From: an uncultured archaeon
Lineage (GTDB): Archaea > Thermoproteota > Nitrososphaeria > JACIWG01
NCBI GenBank assembly: GCA_938034445.1
Contig: CALHLD010000004.1
Coordinates: 64,067 to 128,066, forward strand
Reading direction: 5' to 3'
Length of the DNA stretch: 64,000 bases
Positions 38,957-49,574 of the stretch are shown one piece after another; within the stretch, counting starts at the first letter, position 1; every line of letters begins with the position of its first letter. The position numbers were made by a program, and so were the translations under genes. Below the pieces are notes generated by a model, which was given only the letters and a program-made list of their open reading frames with translations, made no database searches and had not been told where the DNA came from.

Positions 38957-41575
38957 ATGAATCAAAAAAGTAATATAAAAAGGATATTAGCTATTGCTGT
39001 TCTCTTTGCATTCTCATTGACTTTAATAACTACTACGGTCCCATTAACCTTTGCACAAACCAAAACCGGTCCAGCATCTGATGCAATAATCTTTAAACGA
39101 GTTCCACTCGATGTCGTGCCAAAAGCCTTGGAAACTGGTGACATAGACTACTACATATTTGGTCTAAGACCATCACAGGCTATAGCCTTAAGAACCACTC
39201 CTGGAATCGACATCTACTACGCACCCGCAGGTTTAGTGGATATAATACTTAATCCAGCACCGTATCCTGATGGCAAATTAAACCCTCTATCATTAAGGGA
39301 AGTTCGTTTTGCACTAAACTATATAATGAACAGAGATTATGTTGTAAACGAAATATATAAGGGCTTTGCTTCTCCAATGGTAACGTTCCTATCTTCATAT
39401 GATCCTGACTTTGTGACAATATACGATATAATTGCAAAATACGAGTTTGGCTATAACATAGAATTGGCTGATAAGTTGGTAACAGCCGCATTGACAAAGG
39501 CTGGCGCCACGAAGGTTGAAGGTAAATGGACATATAAGGGTCAACCATTATCATTTAACTTTATCATAAGAATCGAAGACGAAAGAAGAGAAATAGGCGA
39601 CTCCTTTGCGTCAGATCTAGAAAGATTAGGTTTTACAGTAAACAGAATGTACATGCCATTCGCGCAAGCTATAGACATAATATATGGCACTGACCCACTA
39701 GAGCATCAATGGGACCTCTATACTGAAGGTTGGGGTAAAAGTGCACCAGACAAATTCGACTATGCAACAATAAACCAGTTTGGAGCTCCTTGGCTCGGTT
39801 GGATGCCCGGTTGGGCTGAACCAACCTTCTGGAACTATGAAAATAGTACAATAGATGCTTTGGGCCAAAAGATTTACAATGGACAGTTTAAGAGTAAGGC
39901 TGAAAGAGACCAACTCTATAGGAAGGCTACTGAAATGATAATTCAAGAATCTATAAGAATTTGGGCTGCTACTAGACTCGACATACAACCAGCAAAATCT
40001 TATGTATCTGGGCTAACAAATGACTTAGGCACCGGTCTAAGGTCTCCCTTAACCACAAGAGAAGTCTATATTTCAGGAAAACCAACAGTAACTGTAGGCC
40101 ACCTTTGGGTCCATACAGCTACATCGGTATGGAATCCGTTTGGAGGTCATACAGATGTATATAGCGTTGACATTTGGAGAAATGTGTATGATCCGCTTGT
40201 CTGGAACCATCCATTCTCTGGACAACCAATGCCATTCCGTACACCCTATAATGTGAAAACAGCCGGCCCAGAGGGCAAACTTGATGTACCTTCTGACGCA
40301 TTTTTATGGGATTCACAATCACAAAGTTGGAAGCTTGTCGGCTCAGGTGTAAAAGCGACTTCATTTGTGGCCTTCGATTTCTCAAAATATATTGGTAGTA
40401 AATGGCATGATGGAACAACTATAACATGGGCTGACGTCCTTTGGGGCATATACAGTTGGTTTGATCTAGTATATAATCCGAGCAAAGCTTCACTTGAAGG
40501 TACACTTGCTTCACAGTATAAAGATGTTTTCGCTCTCTTCAAAGGCTTTAGGATCGTTGGAAACAATCTAGAAGTGTATATAGATTATTGGCATTTTGAT
40601 CCCAACTATATTGCATCCTTCGCGGCTCCACCACAGATACACTATCCATGGGTTGTTGGCGCTGCAATGGATGACGTTGTATTAAACAAGAAGACTGCAG
40701 CATATTCCCAGGCTGCTTCAAGAGCAAGAAATGTACCATGGCTTTCTATGGTTCTTAAGGAGCATGCTACAATGGTGGCTACCTCCCTATCATCATTTAA
40801 AGCCTCTGGCTTCTTCCCATCTAATGTGTTCACAATAGCCGGTAAATCCTATGCTACATCAACCGAAGCTGCTGCAAGAATTGATTCAGCACTTAATTGG
40901 TTTAATACTTATAGCCATCTCGTTATAAGCGACGGCCCATTCTACTTGTACAAGTATGATCCTGCTGCACAGTATGCGGAAATAAGAGCCTTCAGGGATC
41001 CAACTTACCCATTTAGTCCAGGCAAATGGTACTATGGTAAGCCTGAAACACCACAAATTAAAAGTGCAAGTGTGCCAACAGTGCTTCAAGGTCAAGTAGC
41101 AAAATTTGAAGTCGAATTACAGGGGCCGACTCCATTAGGTCTCATATATTTGATAAAAGATACAAGAACGGGTGCAATAATGGGATCGGGTTCTGGTACT
41201 GCAGTTTCACCAACAAAGTTCTCCATAGAATTATCTCCAGACTTTACTAGTAAACTATCTGTTGGAGTTTACGAATTAACTATTGCTGGCTACAGTGAAC
41301 AGGTTGCATTTGTTTCATCTGAAAAAAGATACTTTGATGTCATGAAACCTGTTCCACCAATAACTATAACAACACCTACAATACCACCTACAGGTACTAT
41401 AACAACATCAACTATAACTGCTTCTCCAACAATATCGACAACGGTAGCGCCAACCCTAACGTTTACAACAACAGTACCAAGCGGCATCGAAACCGCCTAC
41501 ATTGGTATTGGTGTTGGTCTAGTAATAGGCGTTATAGTGCTAGCTGTTGTACTCATGAAAAGGAAAAAGGCATAA
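38957..41575 (+). CDS. dppA: Peptide ABC transporter substrate-binding protein (family 5) with Thr-rich linker and C-terminal TM anchor
   Basis: Signal peptide, VRFALNY, WHDG..IT..D, Thr/Pro tract, TM plus KRKK. Confidence 0.88.
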   Translation: MNQKSNIKRILAIAVLFAFSLTLITTTVPLTFAQTKTGPASDAIIFKRVPLDVVPKALETGDIDYYIFGLRPSQAIALRTTPGIDIYYAPAGLVDIILNPAPYPDGKLNPLSLREVRFALNYIMNRDYVVNEIYKGFASPMVTFLSSYDPDFVTIYDIIAKYEFGYNIELADKLVTAALTKAGATKVEGKWTYKGQPLSFNFIIRIEDERREIGDSFASDLERLGFTVNRMYMPFAQAIDIIYGTDPLEHQWDLYTEGWGKSAPDKFDYATINQFGAPWLGWMPGWAEPTFWNYENSTIDALGQKIYNGQFKSKAERDQLYRKATEMIIQESIRIWAATRLDIQPAKSYVSGLTNDLGTGLRSPLTTREVYISGKPTVTVGHLWVHTATSVWNPFGGHTDVYSVDIWRNVYDPLVWNHPFSGQPMPFRTPYNVKTAGPEGKLDVPSDAFLWDSQSQSWKLVGSGVKATSFVAFDFSKYIGSKWHDGTTITWADVLWGIYSWFDLVYNPSKASLEGTLASQYKDVFALFKGFRIVGNNLEVYIDYWHFDPNYIASFAAPPQIHYPWVVGAAMDDVVLNKKTAAYSQAASRARNVPWLSMVLKEHATMVATSLSSFKASGFFPSNVFTIAGKSYATSTEAAARIDSALNWFNTYSHLVISDGPFYLYKYDPAAQYAEIRAFRDPTYPFSPGKWYYGKPETPQIKSASVPTVLQGQVAKFEVELQGPTPLGLIYLIKDTRTGAIMGSGSGTAVSPTKFSIELSPDFTSKLSVGVYELTIAGYSEQVAFVSSEKRYFDVMKPVPPITITTPTIPPTGTITTSTITASPTISTTVAPTLTFTTTVPSGIETAYIGIGVGLVIGVIVLAVVLMKRKKA

Positions 41576-41611
41576 GCCTTCTCCCCTATTTTTATTTTTA
41601 AATTAAATATT

Positions 41612-42283
41612 ATGAATTACCAAATACTGTTAAAAATTGTACCTTATTTCAAATATAAATTCTTAGACATAGATAAGATTGTTAATGAATCTAAATTAAG
41701 TAGGAGTATTATTTTAGAAGCTCTTAATCCGCTGATTGAAGAGAGATATATCACTGTTTCTGGTGGCACCTTATGTTTCAGAGAAGGTTCCATCATCATG
41801 GCTTCAATATTGGCCCTTAAATTTGGTGCATCCTTAGAAGAAGTCTGTAAAGTTGTTAGTTGGCAGGATTTTGAAAATTTTGTTGAAAAAATATTGATAG
41901 AATACGGGTATAGAACTTTTAGAAGCTTTAGATTAAAAGGGCCCAAATTAGAAGTTGATATTTTGGCGTTAAAAGCTGATTTTGCTCTTGTTATCGATTG
42001 CAAACAGTGGCGTAGACCTCTTTCGTCATCGGCATTAAATTCTATTGTCATAAAGCAGGTTGAGCGTGCAAAAATTATTTTATCAAAAGAGAAAGTCTTG
42101 TTACAAAATATGTTTTTAATTCCAATTATAGTAACATTGTATCCCTCGCCTATAAAGTTCGTAAATGGTGTTCCAATTGTTCCTGTTGAAATGTTCAAGT
42201 CTTTTGTTAGCGAAGTAGATGGCCGTCTGTCAGAGTTTCTTAAAGTATATTTTAAGGACAATAAAATCTTTACTATAATATGA
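41612..42283 (+). CDS. PD-(D/E)xK restriction-endonuclease-like (Mrr/NERD) protein with N-terminal wHTH
   Basis: WQDFE, EVDILA, IDCKQW. Confidence 0.72.
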   Translation: MNYQILLKIVPYFKYKFLDIDKIVNESKLSRSIILEALNPLIEERYITVSGGTLCFREGSIIMASILALKFGASLEEVCKVVSWQDFENFVEKILIEYGYRTFRSFRLKGPKLEVDILALKADFALVIDCKQWRRPLSSSALNSIVIKQVERAKIILSKEKVLLQNMFLIPIIVTLYPSPIKFVNGVPIVPVEMFKSFVSEVDGRLSEFLKVYFKDNKIFTII

Positions 42284-42306
42284 TGCAATAGTTTATTTAT
42301 CTTGTA

Positions 42307-42981
42307 TTGTCTAGCTGTTTGGAAGATATGATTAGGGCTATAATATTTGATTTAGATGGTACACTAATTGAATTTAAGCTTGATGTTCAATCTTCAAAAA
42401 GTGAAGTTATAAATGTTATTAGAGAAATTGTGCCAAACGTAAATGGTTTGAATGCAAATCAATCATATTATCATATGCTTGAAAGAGTTAGGTGTATAGT
42501 TGATGAAAAAAGATTTGAACATGTAAAGTTAGAAGTTTATAAAATTTTGGAAAAGTTTGAGGATAAGGCTGTTCAAGAAACTTCATTGAAAAATGGTGTT
42601 AGGGAAGCTTTAATGGAGTTAAAGGATTTGGGTAAAAAGATTGCACTTTTAACAAACAGTGGGAGAAATGCTACATTAAAGGCTTTAAAAAAATTTAATA
42701 TAATAAACTTTTTCGATGTGATTCTCTCCAGAGATGATGTCCAATTTTTGAAACCTTCAACTTTAGGCTTCCAAAAAATACTTGCTCTCCTAAACTTAGA
42801 TGTAAGTGAATGTATTTCTGTGGGAGATGGTTTAATTGACATTATCCCTTCGAAGGCTTTAGGCATAAAGTTTGTAGCCGTACTTGGAGGATACAATCCT
42901 ATAGAAAGGATTCTTGAACATAAGCCAGATTTTATAATAAGCTCTCTTTTAGAACTTCCCCCTATCATTAAAGGACTGTAA
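42307..42981 (+). CDS. HAD family phosphatase
   Basis: FDLDGT, TN, KP, VGD...D. Confidence 0.9.
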   Translation: MSSCLEDMIRAIIFDLDGTLIEFKLDVQSSKSEVINVIREIVPNVNGLNANQSYYHMLERVRCIVDEKRFEHVKLEVYKILEKFEDKAVQETSLKNGVREALMELKDLGKKIALLTNSGRNATLKALKKFNIINFFDVILSRDDVQFLKPSTLGFQKILALLNLDVSECISVGDGLIDIIPSKALGIKFVAVLGGYNPIERILEHKPDFIISSLLELPPIIKGL

Positions 42982-43053
42982 AGTTTTATTTTTTTAACCT
43001 ATTTTTAGCAATATTTATAAATTTACTTTTATTAAGGCTTGTTGCGATAATTT

Positions 43054-44292
43054 ATGAACCCGTATGAGATGGCTCTAGTACAGCTTAGGACTGCTGCCAG
43101 CTACCTAAACCTTGACGATTCTATTGTAGAAATTTTAAGTAGGCCGAAGAGAGAGCTGCAGGTTTCTTTTCCAGTGAGAATGGATGATGGTAAAATAAAG
43201 GTTTTCACAGGATATCGTGTACAGCATAATGATTCAAGAGGGCCATTTAAGGGCGGTATAAGATACCATCCTCTTGTTGACATTAATGAAGTTCGCGCTC
43301 TAGCGATGTGGATGACTTGGAAGACTGCAGTACTAAATATACCCTATGGTGGTGCTAAAGGTGGTGTAGCATGCAATCCCAAAGAAATGTCTAAGTCTGA
43401 GCTTGAGAGACTTACAAGAAAGTATACTATGATGATTTCTCCAATAATAGGACCATATACAGATATACCCGCTCCAGACGTTTACACGGACTCCCAGACA
43501 ATGGCATGGATAATGGACACGTACAGCCAGCTTGTAGGCTATCGTGTGCCAGCTGTGGTAACGGGGAAACCTATTTCTCTTGGAGGCTCGGCTGGTAGAT
43601 CGACTGCAACATCTAGAAGTGTGATTGTAGCAGCTAAAGAAGCTACTAAAACTTTTAAAAAGAAAATTGAAGATCTTAGAATAGTTATACAAGGCTTCGG
43701 TAATGTTGGTGCAAATGCAGCAATTTTGGCTAAAGAGTTCGGTGCAAAGGTCATAGCAGTAAGCGATTCAAAGGGTGGAATATATGATGAAAAGGGTCTT
43801 GATGTACTTGAAGTTTTGAAACATAAGGAACGAACTGGATCAGTAGTAAACTTTACTGGTGCAAAAAATGTTACAAACGAGGAACTTTTGGAATTGCCAT
43901 GTGATGTACTAATACCAGCCGCCCTAGAGGGACAAATTCATAAGGATAATGCAAAAAATATTCAGGCAAAAATGGTTGTTGAAGGCGCTAACGGTCCAAC
44001 AACACCTGAAGCTGACAAAATACTATTTGATAGAGAGGTTATGGTTGTTCCAGACATTCTTGCAAACAGTGGTGGGGTGCTTGTTAGCTATTTTGAATGG
44101 GTTCAGAATCTTACCAACCTATATTGGACTGAAAATGAAGTTAACGAAAAGCTAGACAATAAGATAAGGGAAGCTTTCCTGCAAGTCTACGATATTGCTA
44201 AAAAAAGATCTGTGGACTTGAGGACGGCTGCACTAATACTTGGCATCGGTAGAGTTGTTGAAGCGATGACTACTGCAGGGTACTTTCCATAA
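43054..44292 (+). CDS. gdhA: Glutamate dehydrogenase
   Basis: GPFKGGIRYHP, GGAKGG, PAPD, GFGNVG, EGANGP. Confidence 0.95.
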   Translation: MNPYEMALVQLRTAASYLNLDDSIVEILSRPKRELQVSFPVRMDDGKIKVFTGYRVQHNDSRGPFKGGIRYHPLVDINEVRALAMWMTWKTAVLNIPYGGAKGGVACNPKEMSKSELERLTRKYTMMISPIIGPYTDIPAPDVYTDSQTMAWIMDTYSQLVGYRVPAVVTGKPISLGGSAGRSTATSRSVIVAAKEATKTFKKKIEDLRIVIQGFGNVGANAAILAKEFGAKVIAVSDSKGGIYDEKGLDVLEVLKHKERTGSVVNFTGAKNVTNEELLELPCDVLIPAALEGQIHKDNAKNIQAKMVVEGANGPTTPEADKILFDREVMVVPDILANSGGVLVSYFEWVQNLTNLYWTENEVNEKLDNKIREAFLQVYDIAKKRSVDLRTAALILGIGRVVEAMTTAGYFP

Positions 44293-44335
44293 AAAATTAA
44301 ATCTTATATACTTTAAAAACTCATTTGTATAGTTT

Positions 44336-45184
44336 ATGTGGCTTATAGGCGCGCATGTTTCAATTGCTGGAGAAATAAGTCAGTCATTCGATAGGGCGAA
44401 GGCTCTAAACTGTACTACCTTCCAAATTTTTACAAGGAATCCTAGGGGATGGGCTTCTAAAAAGCTTGAGGAAAATGAGATAGCCAATTTCCATAGGAAA
44501 TTGGATGAGACAGGCCTTTTTCCAGTAGCACACATGCCGTATCTTCCGAATCTCGCCTCCCCTAATAAGGAAATATATGATAAGTCCATAAAAATTCTTT
44601 CTGAAGAACTTACGAAATGTTATCGTCTAAAAATACCGTATCTTGTTACACACCTCGGCAGCCACATGGGCACAAGTGAAGAAGATGGTGTAAGGAGAGT
44701 TGCTGAAGCATGTAATATTGCTATAAAAGATTCAGAAGGGAAAGTTGCACTATTACTTGAAAATACTGCTGGGCAAAAAAATAGTGTTGGCCACACCCTA
44801 AACCATCTAAGAAAATGTCTCGATTTAATTGATGACCAGTCAAGGGTCGGAGTATGCTTTGACACATGCCATGGTTTTGCTGCCGGATACGATATCCGCA
44901 CACGTAATGCGGTAGAGCGTTTTCTAAAAGACTTTGATGATATAATAGGTATTGAAAGATTAAAGGTTATCCATTTAAACGATTCAAAGGGTGACCTAAA
45001 CAGTCATCTTGACAGGCATGAGCATATTGGAAGGGGTAAGATTGGTTTAAACGGATTTAAGGCACTACTGTCCTTTAAAGAAGTGCAGAAACTTCCCCTA
45101 ATCATTGAAACCCCATACGATTCCGAAAAAGATTACTTGCAGGACATTTTAACCCTCTGGTCTATAGCTAGGGGACAAATTTAA
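44336..45184 (+). CDS. nfo: Endonuclease IV
   Basis: GAHVS, HMPY, LENTAG, DTCH, HLNDS, DRHEHIG. Confidence 0.95.
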   Translation: MWLIGAHVSIAGEISQSFDRAKALNCTTFQIFTRNPRGWASKKLEENEIANFHRKLDETGLFPVAHMPYLPNLASPNKEIYDKSIKILSEELTKCYRLKIPYLVTHLGSHMGTSEEDGVRRVAEACNIAIKDSEGKVALLLENTAGQKNSVGHTLNHLRKCLDLIDDQSRVGVCFDTCHGFAAGYDIRTRNAVERFLKDFDDIIGIERLKVIHLNDSKGDLNSHLDRHEHIGRGKIGLNGFKALLSFKEVQKLPLIIETPYDSEKDYLQDILTLWSIARGQI

Positions 45185-45196
45185 AAGTGACACATA

Positions 45197-46504
45197 TTGT
45201 CTGATAAAAAGGCGCCATTCTCACGCTGGGCTTTCCTAAAAAATCCTATAATTAGTGTACTAATTTTTTCGAATGGAATAACTATGCTCGGATTTGGGCA
45301 AATATTGCCAATTATACCTATCCTAATGTACGATTACCTTCATGCTTCAGAAATAGAAATAGGTTTGACGATAAGCTCTTTTGCAATAACAAGAATATTA
45401 TCGCAGGGTCCAATTGGCACACTTTCTGATAAATATGGTCGCAAACCATTTATTACAGTCTCACTCTTAGGCTACAGTATAGTCTCATTTCTTTACATAT
45501 TTGCCTTTCAAACATGGCACATTCTTGCTATAAGAGCTGTCCAAGGCTTTTTTTCTGGCGCACTGTGGCCTGTTTCTGATGCAATGGTAATGGACATTTG
45601 TGACCCAAAACATAGGGGTAAAGTTATTTCAACAATACAGATAGCCTATAATGCTGGATGGTTTGCTGGACCATTTTTAGGCGGCGTTATCGCTGACTTA
45701 TATGGTATTGATGCCACTTTCGGTTTTAGTGCTGGACTATCATTTACAGCATTTATTATAGCCTTGCTCTTTTTAAGAGAAACGATGAAGGTAAAAAGGG
45801 TTTCATCTGTTAAAGAAGTTTCCATTATTAGCAGTCTAAGGAACAATTTTGAAAAATCTTTTCAAGCTTTAGGAAAGTTTCCAGCATTAAAAAATCTTGC
45901 AATATCAGCGTTTGTACTCCAAACTTCCCTTTCTTTATTACAAGGTTATACTCCTATATTCATATCTGATGTATTAAACGGAACCGAATTAGATATAGGT
46001 CTTATAGTAGGTGTTGGAGGTGTTCTCGGGCTTATAACACAATTTTTTGTAGGCTCCTTAGGCGATAGATACGGTAAATGGCTTATCTTAGAAGTTGGCG
46101 TATTTATTGCAGCCACCCTTTCCCCCACACTACTCCTAATACAGAATCTTTTACAAGCATACATTATTTTACCGATTGTAATGTGCTGTAACATGATATC
46201 CTCTCCAATGCTTACCGCACTTGTTGGCGATGCCGTACCATCAGATGAAAGAGGTACAGGGTATGGTGCATACGGGGTAGTTAGAGACTTTTCACTAATA
46301 ATAGGCTCACCTCTAGGAGGGTTTATCCTTGAACTTTCAAGAAAATTTTTTGGAGCAAGTCTACTACAAAGTCTAAGAATTCTTTTCATTTTTAGAAGTC
46401 TTATGCTTTTTCTAACTTTATTCGTAACCCTATACTATATGCGAAGTTTTAAAGAAGTTGACACAATAATATGGGTGAGGTCAAAGGTTCCTCCGCCAGA
46501 GTAG
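45197..46504 (+). CDS. MFS transporter
   Basis: GTLSDKYGRK, GSLGDRYGK, about 12 TM helices. Confidence 0.9.
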   Translation: MSDKKAPFSRWAFLKNPIISVLIFSNGITMLGFGQILPIIPILMYDYLHASEIEIGLTISSFAITRILSQGPIGTLSDKYGRKPFITVSLLGYSIVSFLYIFAFQTWHILAIRAVQGFFSGALWPVSDAMVMDICDPKHRGKVISTIQIAYNAGWFAGPFLGGVIADLYGIDATFGFSAGLSFTAFIIALLFLRETMKVKRVSSVKEVSIISSLRNNFEKSFQALGKFPALKNLAISAFVLQTSLSLLQGYTPIFISDVLNGTELDIGLIVGVGGVLGLITQFFVGSLGDRYGKWLILEVGVFIAATLSPTLLLIQNLLQAYIILPIVMCCNMISSPMLTALVGDAVPSDERGTGYGAYGVVRDFSLIIGSPLGGFILELSRKFFGASLLQSLRILFIFRSLMLFLTLFVTLYYMRSFKEVDTIIWVRSKVPPPE

Positions 46505-46566
46505 GCGTCTCAGTCAAATGCCTTTAGGTCATAAATGTTCAGTAACTCTGATTCCTCATCGACGCC
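46504..46566 (-). ncRNA. C/D box guide sRNA (dual guide)
   Basis: GGCGTC/GACGCC terminal stem; C box ATGAGGA, D' CTGA, C' TTATGA, D CTGA; TATA-like TTTTATAA at 46596-46589. Confidence 0.82.
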
Positions 46567-46636
46567 ATACACTACTTTACATGCTACCTTATAAAAAGTT
46601 TTTAAGGAACTATAAAATGTACATTTTTGACTAAGT

Positions 46637-47149
46637 GTGCTTCAAGTAGATATTTTTGCACTGCTCATATGGAGCATTATTGTAGTATGTATTATGTCGG
46701 CTGTTATTATAACATACAATATTGTCAAAAGAATACTTGAATTGTCTGTAAGAAAGCCTCAGCCTCCCCCTATGCAGGAGAGAAAAGAATTTTTTATTTC
46801 AATAGATATAGGTGAAGCGGTTTCATTTTACAATCAAGCTCAAAGCTACTTCGAGCAAGGTGAGTATAAGAATGTTATACAATATTGTTATAATGCGATA
46901 AAAAACATATTCACCAAGGTCCTACTTCACCTCAATATTCCCTCAGAAGATCTTAACATTGTAGACATGTCGTACATAATACAGGCTAAAGGTGTGAGAG
47001 TTTCCTTTATGGAATATGTTCAGCATTTGAACTTTATTAGGTTAAAGATGATTGTCGGCCAAATAGTTTCTAAAGATGAAGTTTTATGGGCTCTTAAAGC
47101 ATGTAAAGCGCTTATTGATATGTCGAAGGATCTTCCAGTAACAATATAG
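46637..47149 (+). CDS. Single-TM protein with HEPN-like helical domain
   Basis: N-terminal TM, Pro linker, AQSYFEQGEY..CYNAI..LNFIR. Confidence 0.5.
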   Translation: MLQVDIFALLIWSIIVVCIMSAVIITYNIVKRILELSVRKPQPPPMQERKEFFISIDIGEAVSFYNQAQSYFEQGEYKNVIQYCYNAIKNIFTKVLLHLNIPSEDLNIVDMSYIIQAKGVRVSFMEYVQHLNFIRLKMIVGQIVSKDEVLWALKACKALIDMSKDLPVTI

Positions 47150-47213
47150 CATTTTAAATCATAGTTTTTTTAAAATAAAACATTATTAACCGCTAAAATT
47201 AAATCAAATATGG

Positions 47214-48281
47214 TTGAGACAGTTGGACTCCGAAGAATTTGTTGACTTGAGAAGTGATACAGTAACTTTACCGACAGATGAAATGTTAGAAGCGATAAGG
47301 CGTGCAAAGTTGGGTGATGATGTTTTTGGAGAGGATCCTACTGTTAAAAAGCTGGAGGAGATGGCTGCCGAAAAGATGGGTAAAGATGCCGCCCTTCTTG
47401 TCACAAGTGGCACACAGGCAAATCTTGTATCATTGCTTAGTAATACTAAACGTGGTGATAGTATAATCTTGGAGGCTGAATCACATATATACTATTATGA
47501 AGTTGGTGGCTTATCATTTATTGCAGGTCTCCTTCCAATACTTGTTAGGGGAAAGAATGGTTACATGGATCCTGTGGACTTGGAGGCTGTATTAAGACCT
47601 AAAGATATCCATTATCCAGAAGTTACACTAATATGCATTGAGAATACTCATAATAGGGCTGGAGGTACGATTATAAGGCCGGAACAGATAAAGGCCATAT
47701 ACGATTTCGCTAAAGCTCACAATCTGAAATTGTATATGGATGGAGCGAGAATATTTAATGCGGCCGTAGCATTAAAAACTGATGTAAAAAATTTCACTAA
47801 GAATGTCGACAATCTGATGTTCTGTCTTTCTAAGGGGCTAAGTTGTCCAATAGGTTCTATTGTAGTAGGCGACTATGATTTTATAGAGCGGGCTAGAAAG
47901 TTTAGAAAGATGCTTGGTGGTGGCATGAGACAGGCTGGCATTATTGCGGCACCAGGAATTATTGCATTAGAAAAGATGATAGATAGGCTTGAAGAGGATC
48001 ATAGGAATGCGCGTATGCTTGCAGAAGCTTTATCTAAGATAGACGGCATATCTATTGACCTTTCAACTGTTCAAACTAATATTGTAATGTTTGATGTGAA
48101 TGGTTTAGGAATCTCTGCCCCCCATTTTGTTGAACTGTTGAAAAATAAGAAAATTCTTTGCCTACCCTTTAGTGATAGGAAGGTTAGGATGGTAACACAT
48201 AGGGGTATTGATAGAGTTCATATTGAAAAGACTATTTCAGTAATAGAAGAGTTAGCTGATCAAATTCATAAAAAGTGGTAG
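47214..48281 (+). CDS. ltaE: Low-specificity L-threonine aldolase
   Basis: DLRSDTVT, GDDVFGEDP, ENTHN, DGARIFN, CLSKGL. Confidence 0.95.
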   Translation: MRQLDSEEFVDLRSDTVTLPTDEMLEAIRRAKLGDDVFGEDPTVKKLEEMAAEKMGKDAALLVTSGTQANLVSLLSNTKRGDSIILEAESHIYYYEVGGLSFIAGLLPILVRGKNGYMDPVDLEAVLRPKDIHYPEVTLICIENTHNRAGGTIIRPEQIKAIYDFAKAHNLKLYMDGARIFNAAVALKTDVKNFTKNVDNLMFCLSKGLSCPIGSIVVGDYDFIERARKFRKMLGGGMRQAGIIAAPGIIALEKMIDRLEEDHRNARMLAEALSKIDGISIDLSTVQTNIVMFDVNGLGISAPHFVELLKNKKILCLPFSDRKVRMVTHRGIDRVHIEKTISVIEELADQIHKKW

Positions 48282-48298
48282 AAGGAGGCATATAGAAG

Positions 48299-49573
48299 TT
48301 GAGTGAAGGCGAGGAAAGTTCACTATTCAAAACTAGGCTTTTCAAGACCCTAGAAGGTGTAGACGATGCCCTAAAGTTGATTAAGGTATCATTAGAAAAT
48401 AGTGTACTAGATGTAGTTGAAGTTGATATAAGGTCCTCTTTACACTATTATTCTGCAGAAGATGTTCACGCGCTACAGGATGTACCAAACTATGATCGAA
48501 GCGCTGTTGACGGTTACGCTGTAATATCCAATGACGTGATAAGCTCTAGTATCACAAACCCCTCAATATTGAATGTTGTAGAAAAAATTTATGCGGACTC
48601 AAGCTATCACATGTTAAAGCCTTTAAATCATGGTGAAACCTCAATAGTCTATACTGGTGCACCATTACCCCCAAATGCGGATGCTGTTGTAATGTTTGAG
48701 GATACAAAAGCTGATGGTTCAAATGTCCAAATTTTTAGGCCAGTATCCCCATATCAAAATGTTTCAAGAAGGGGGGAGGATTTTCAAAAGGGTTCTATTG
48801 TTGTTGAAAAGGGTACGTTGATTAGACCTTGGCATCTTGCAGCACTACTGTCAACTGGTTACGAGAAGATTAGGGTGTTTAGGAAGGTTAGGATTGGTGT
48901 TATTTCCACTGGCAGTGAGCTTACTGAAAAATGGCAAGATGCTGGTGTAATTAATACTACAAAACCTCTTCTCTTGTCTCTTATTCAAGAAGAATTTTGT
49001 GAAGGATACGATTTTGGTACTGTACCTGATGATGTTGAAGCAATTAGGGATAGAATATTGTTTGCGTTAAAGGATATGGATATTCTATTGACCACGGGTG
49101 GAACAAGTGTTGGTGCAACAGACCTTGTCTCAGATGCCATATCGTCTATAGATGGCTCCAAAATAGTTTTCCACGGTGTTAGAATGAGGCCGGGTAAGCC
49201 TACTGGAATGGCTATTGTTAAAGGTAAACCTTTGTTCATATTATCCGGTTATCCTGTCGCATCTTTTACTGGTTTTGAAGTTTTTGTAAAATATGCAATA
49301 AACCTTTTAAGATGTTCGAAACCCCTCTTCTATCCTAAGGTTAGGGCTAAACTTGCTAGAAGGCTTGCTAAACCTGTTGGTGTAAAAGCTTTTGTTAGAA
49401 TTAAAGTATATCAATTAAATGGTGAATATTTTGCTGAACCTTTAAGATTAACTGGCTCCGGCTTACTTTCAACATTAACCAGAGGAAATGGACTTTTAGT
49501 AATTGACGAGGATGTTGAAGGATATGATGAAGGTGAAATGGTAGAAGTGCAGCTTCTTGAGTGGGTGATATAA
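48299..49573 (+). CDS. moeA: Molybdopterin molybdotransferase MoeA
   Basis: RSAVDGYA, TGAPLP, STGSE, GGTSVG, RPGKP. Confidence 0.93.
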   Translation: MSEGEESSLFKTRLFKTLEGVDDALKLIKVSLENSVLDVVEVDIRSSLHYYSAEDVHALQDVPNYDRSAVDGYAVISNDVISSSITNPSILNVVEKIYADSSYHMLKPLNHGETSIVYTGAPLPPNADAVVMFEDTKADGSNVQIFRPVSPYQNVSRRGEDFQKGSIVVEKGTLIRPWHLAALLSTGYEKIRVFRKVRIGVISTGSELTEKWQDAGVINTTKPLLLSLIQEEFCEGYDFGTVPDDVEAIRDRILFALKDMDILLTTGGTSVGATDLVSDAISSIDGSKIVFHGVRMRPGKPTGMAIVKGKPLFILSGYPVASFTGFEVFVKYAINLLRCSKPLFYPKVRAKLARRLAKPVGVKAFVRIKVYQLNGEYFAEPLRLTGSGLLSTLTRGNGLLVIDEDVEGYDEGEMVEVQLLEWVI

Positions 49574-49574
49574 T

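Noticed and set aside
41350-41480. ACA/ACT-rich low-complexity repeat
   Set aside because: Encodes the ordinary Thr/Pro linker of an archaeal solute-binding protein.
41612-42283. REase-like gene as part of a defence island
   Set aside because: Solitary, with housekeeping neighbours and no methylase or other defence genes.
41644-42288. Long antisense ORFs (also 84-638, 29868-30470, 52992-53483)
   Set aside because: Shadows of well-supported genes on the opposite strand; no motifs.
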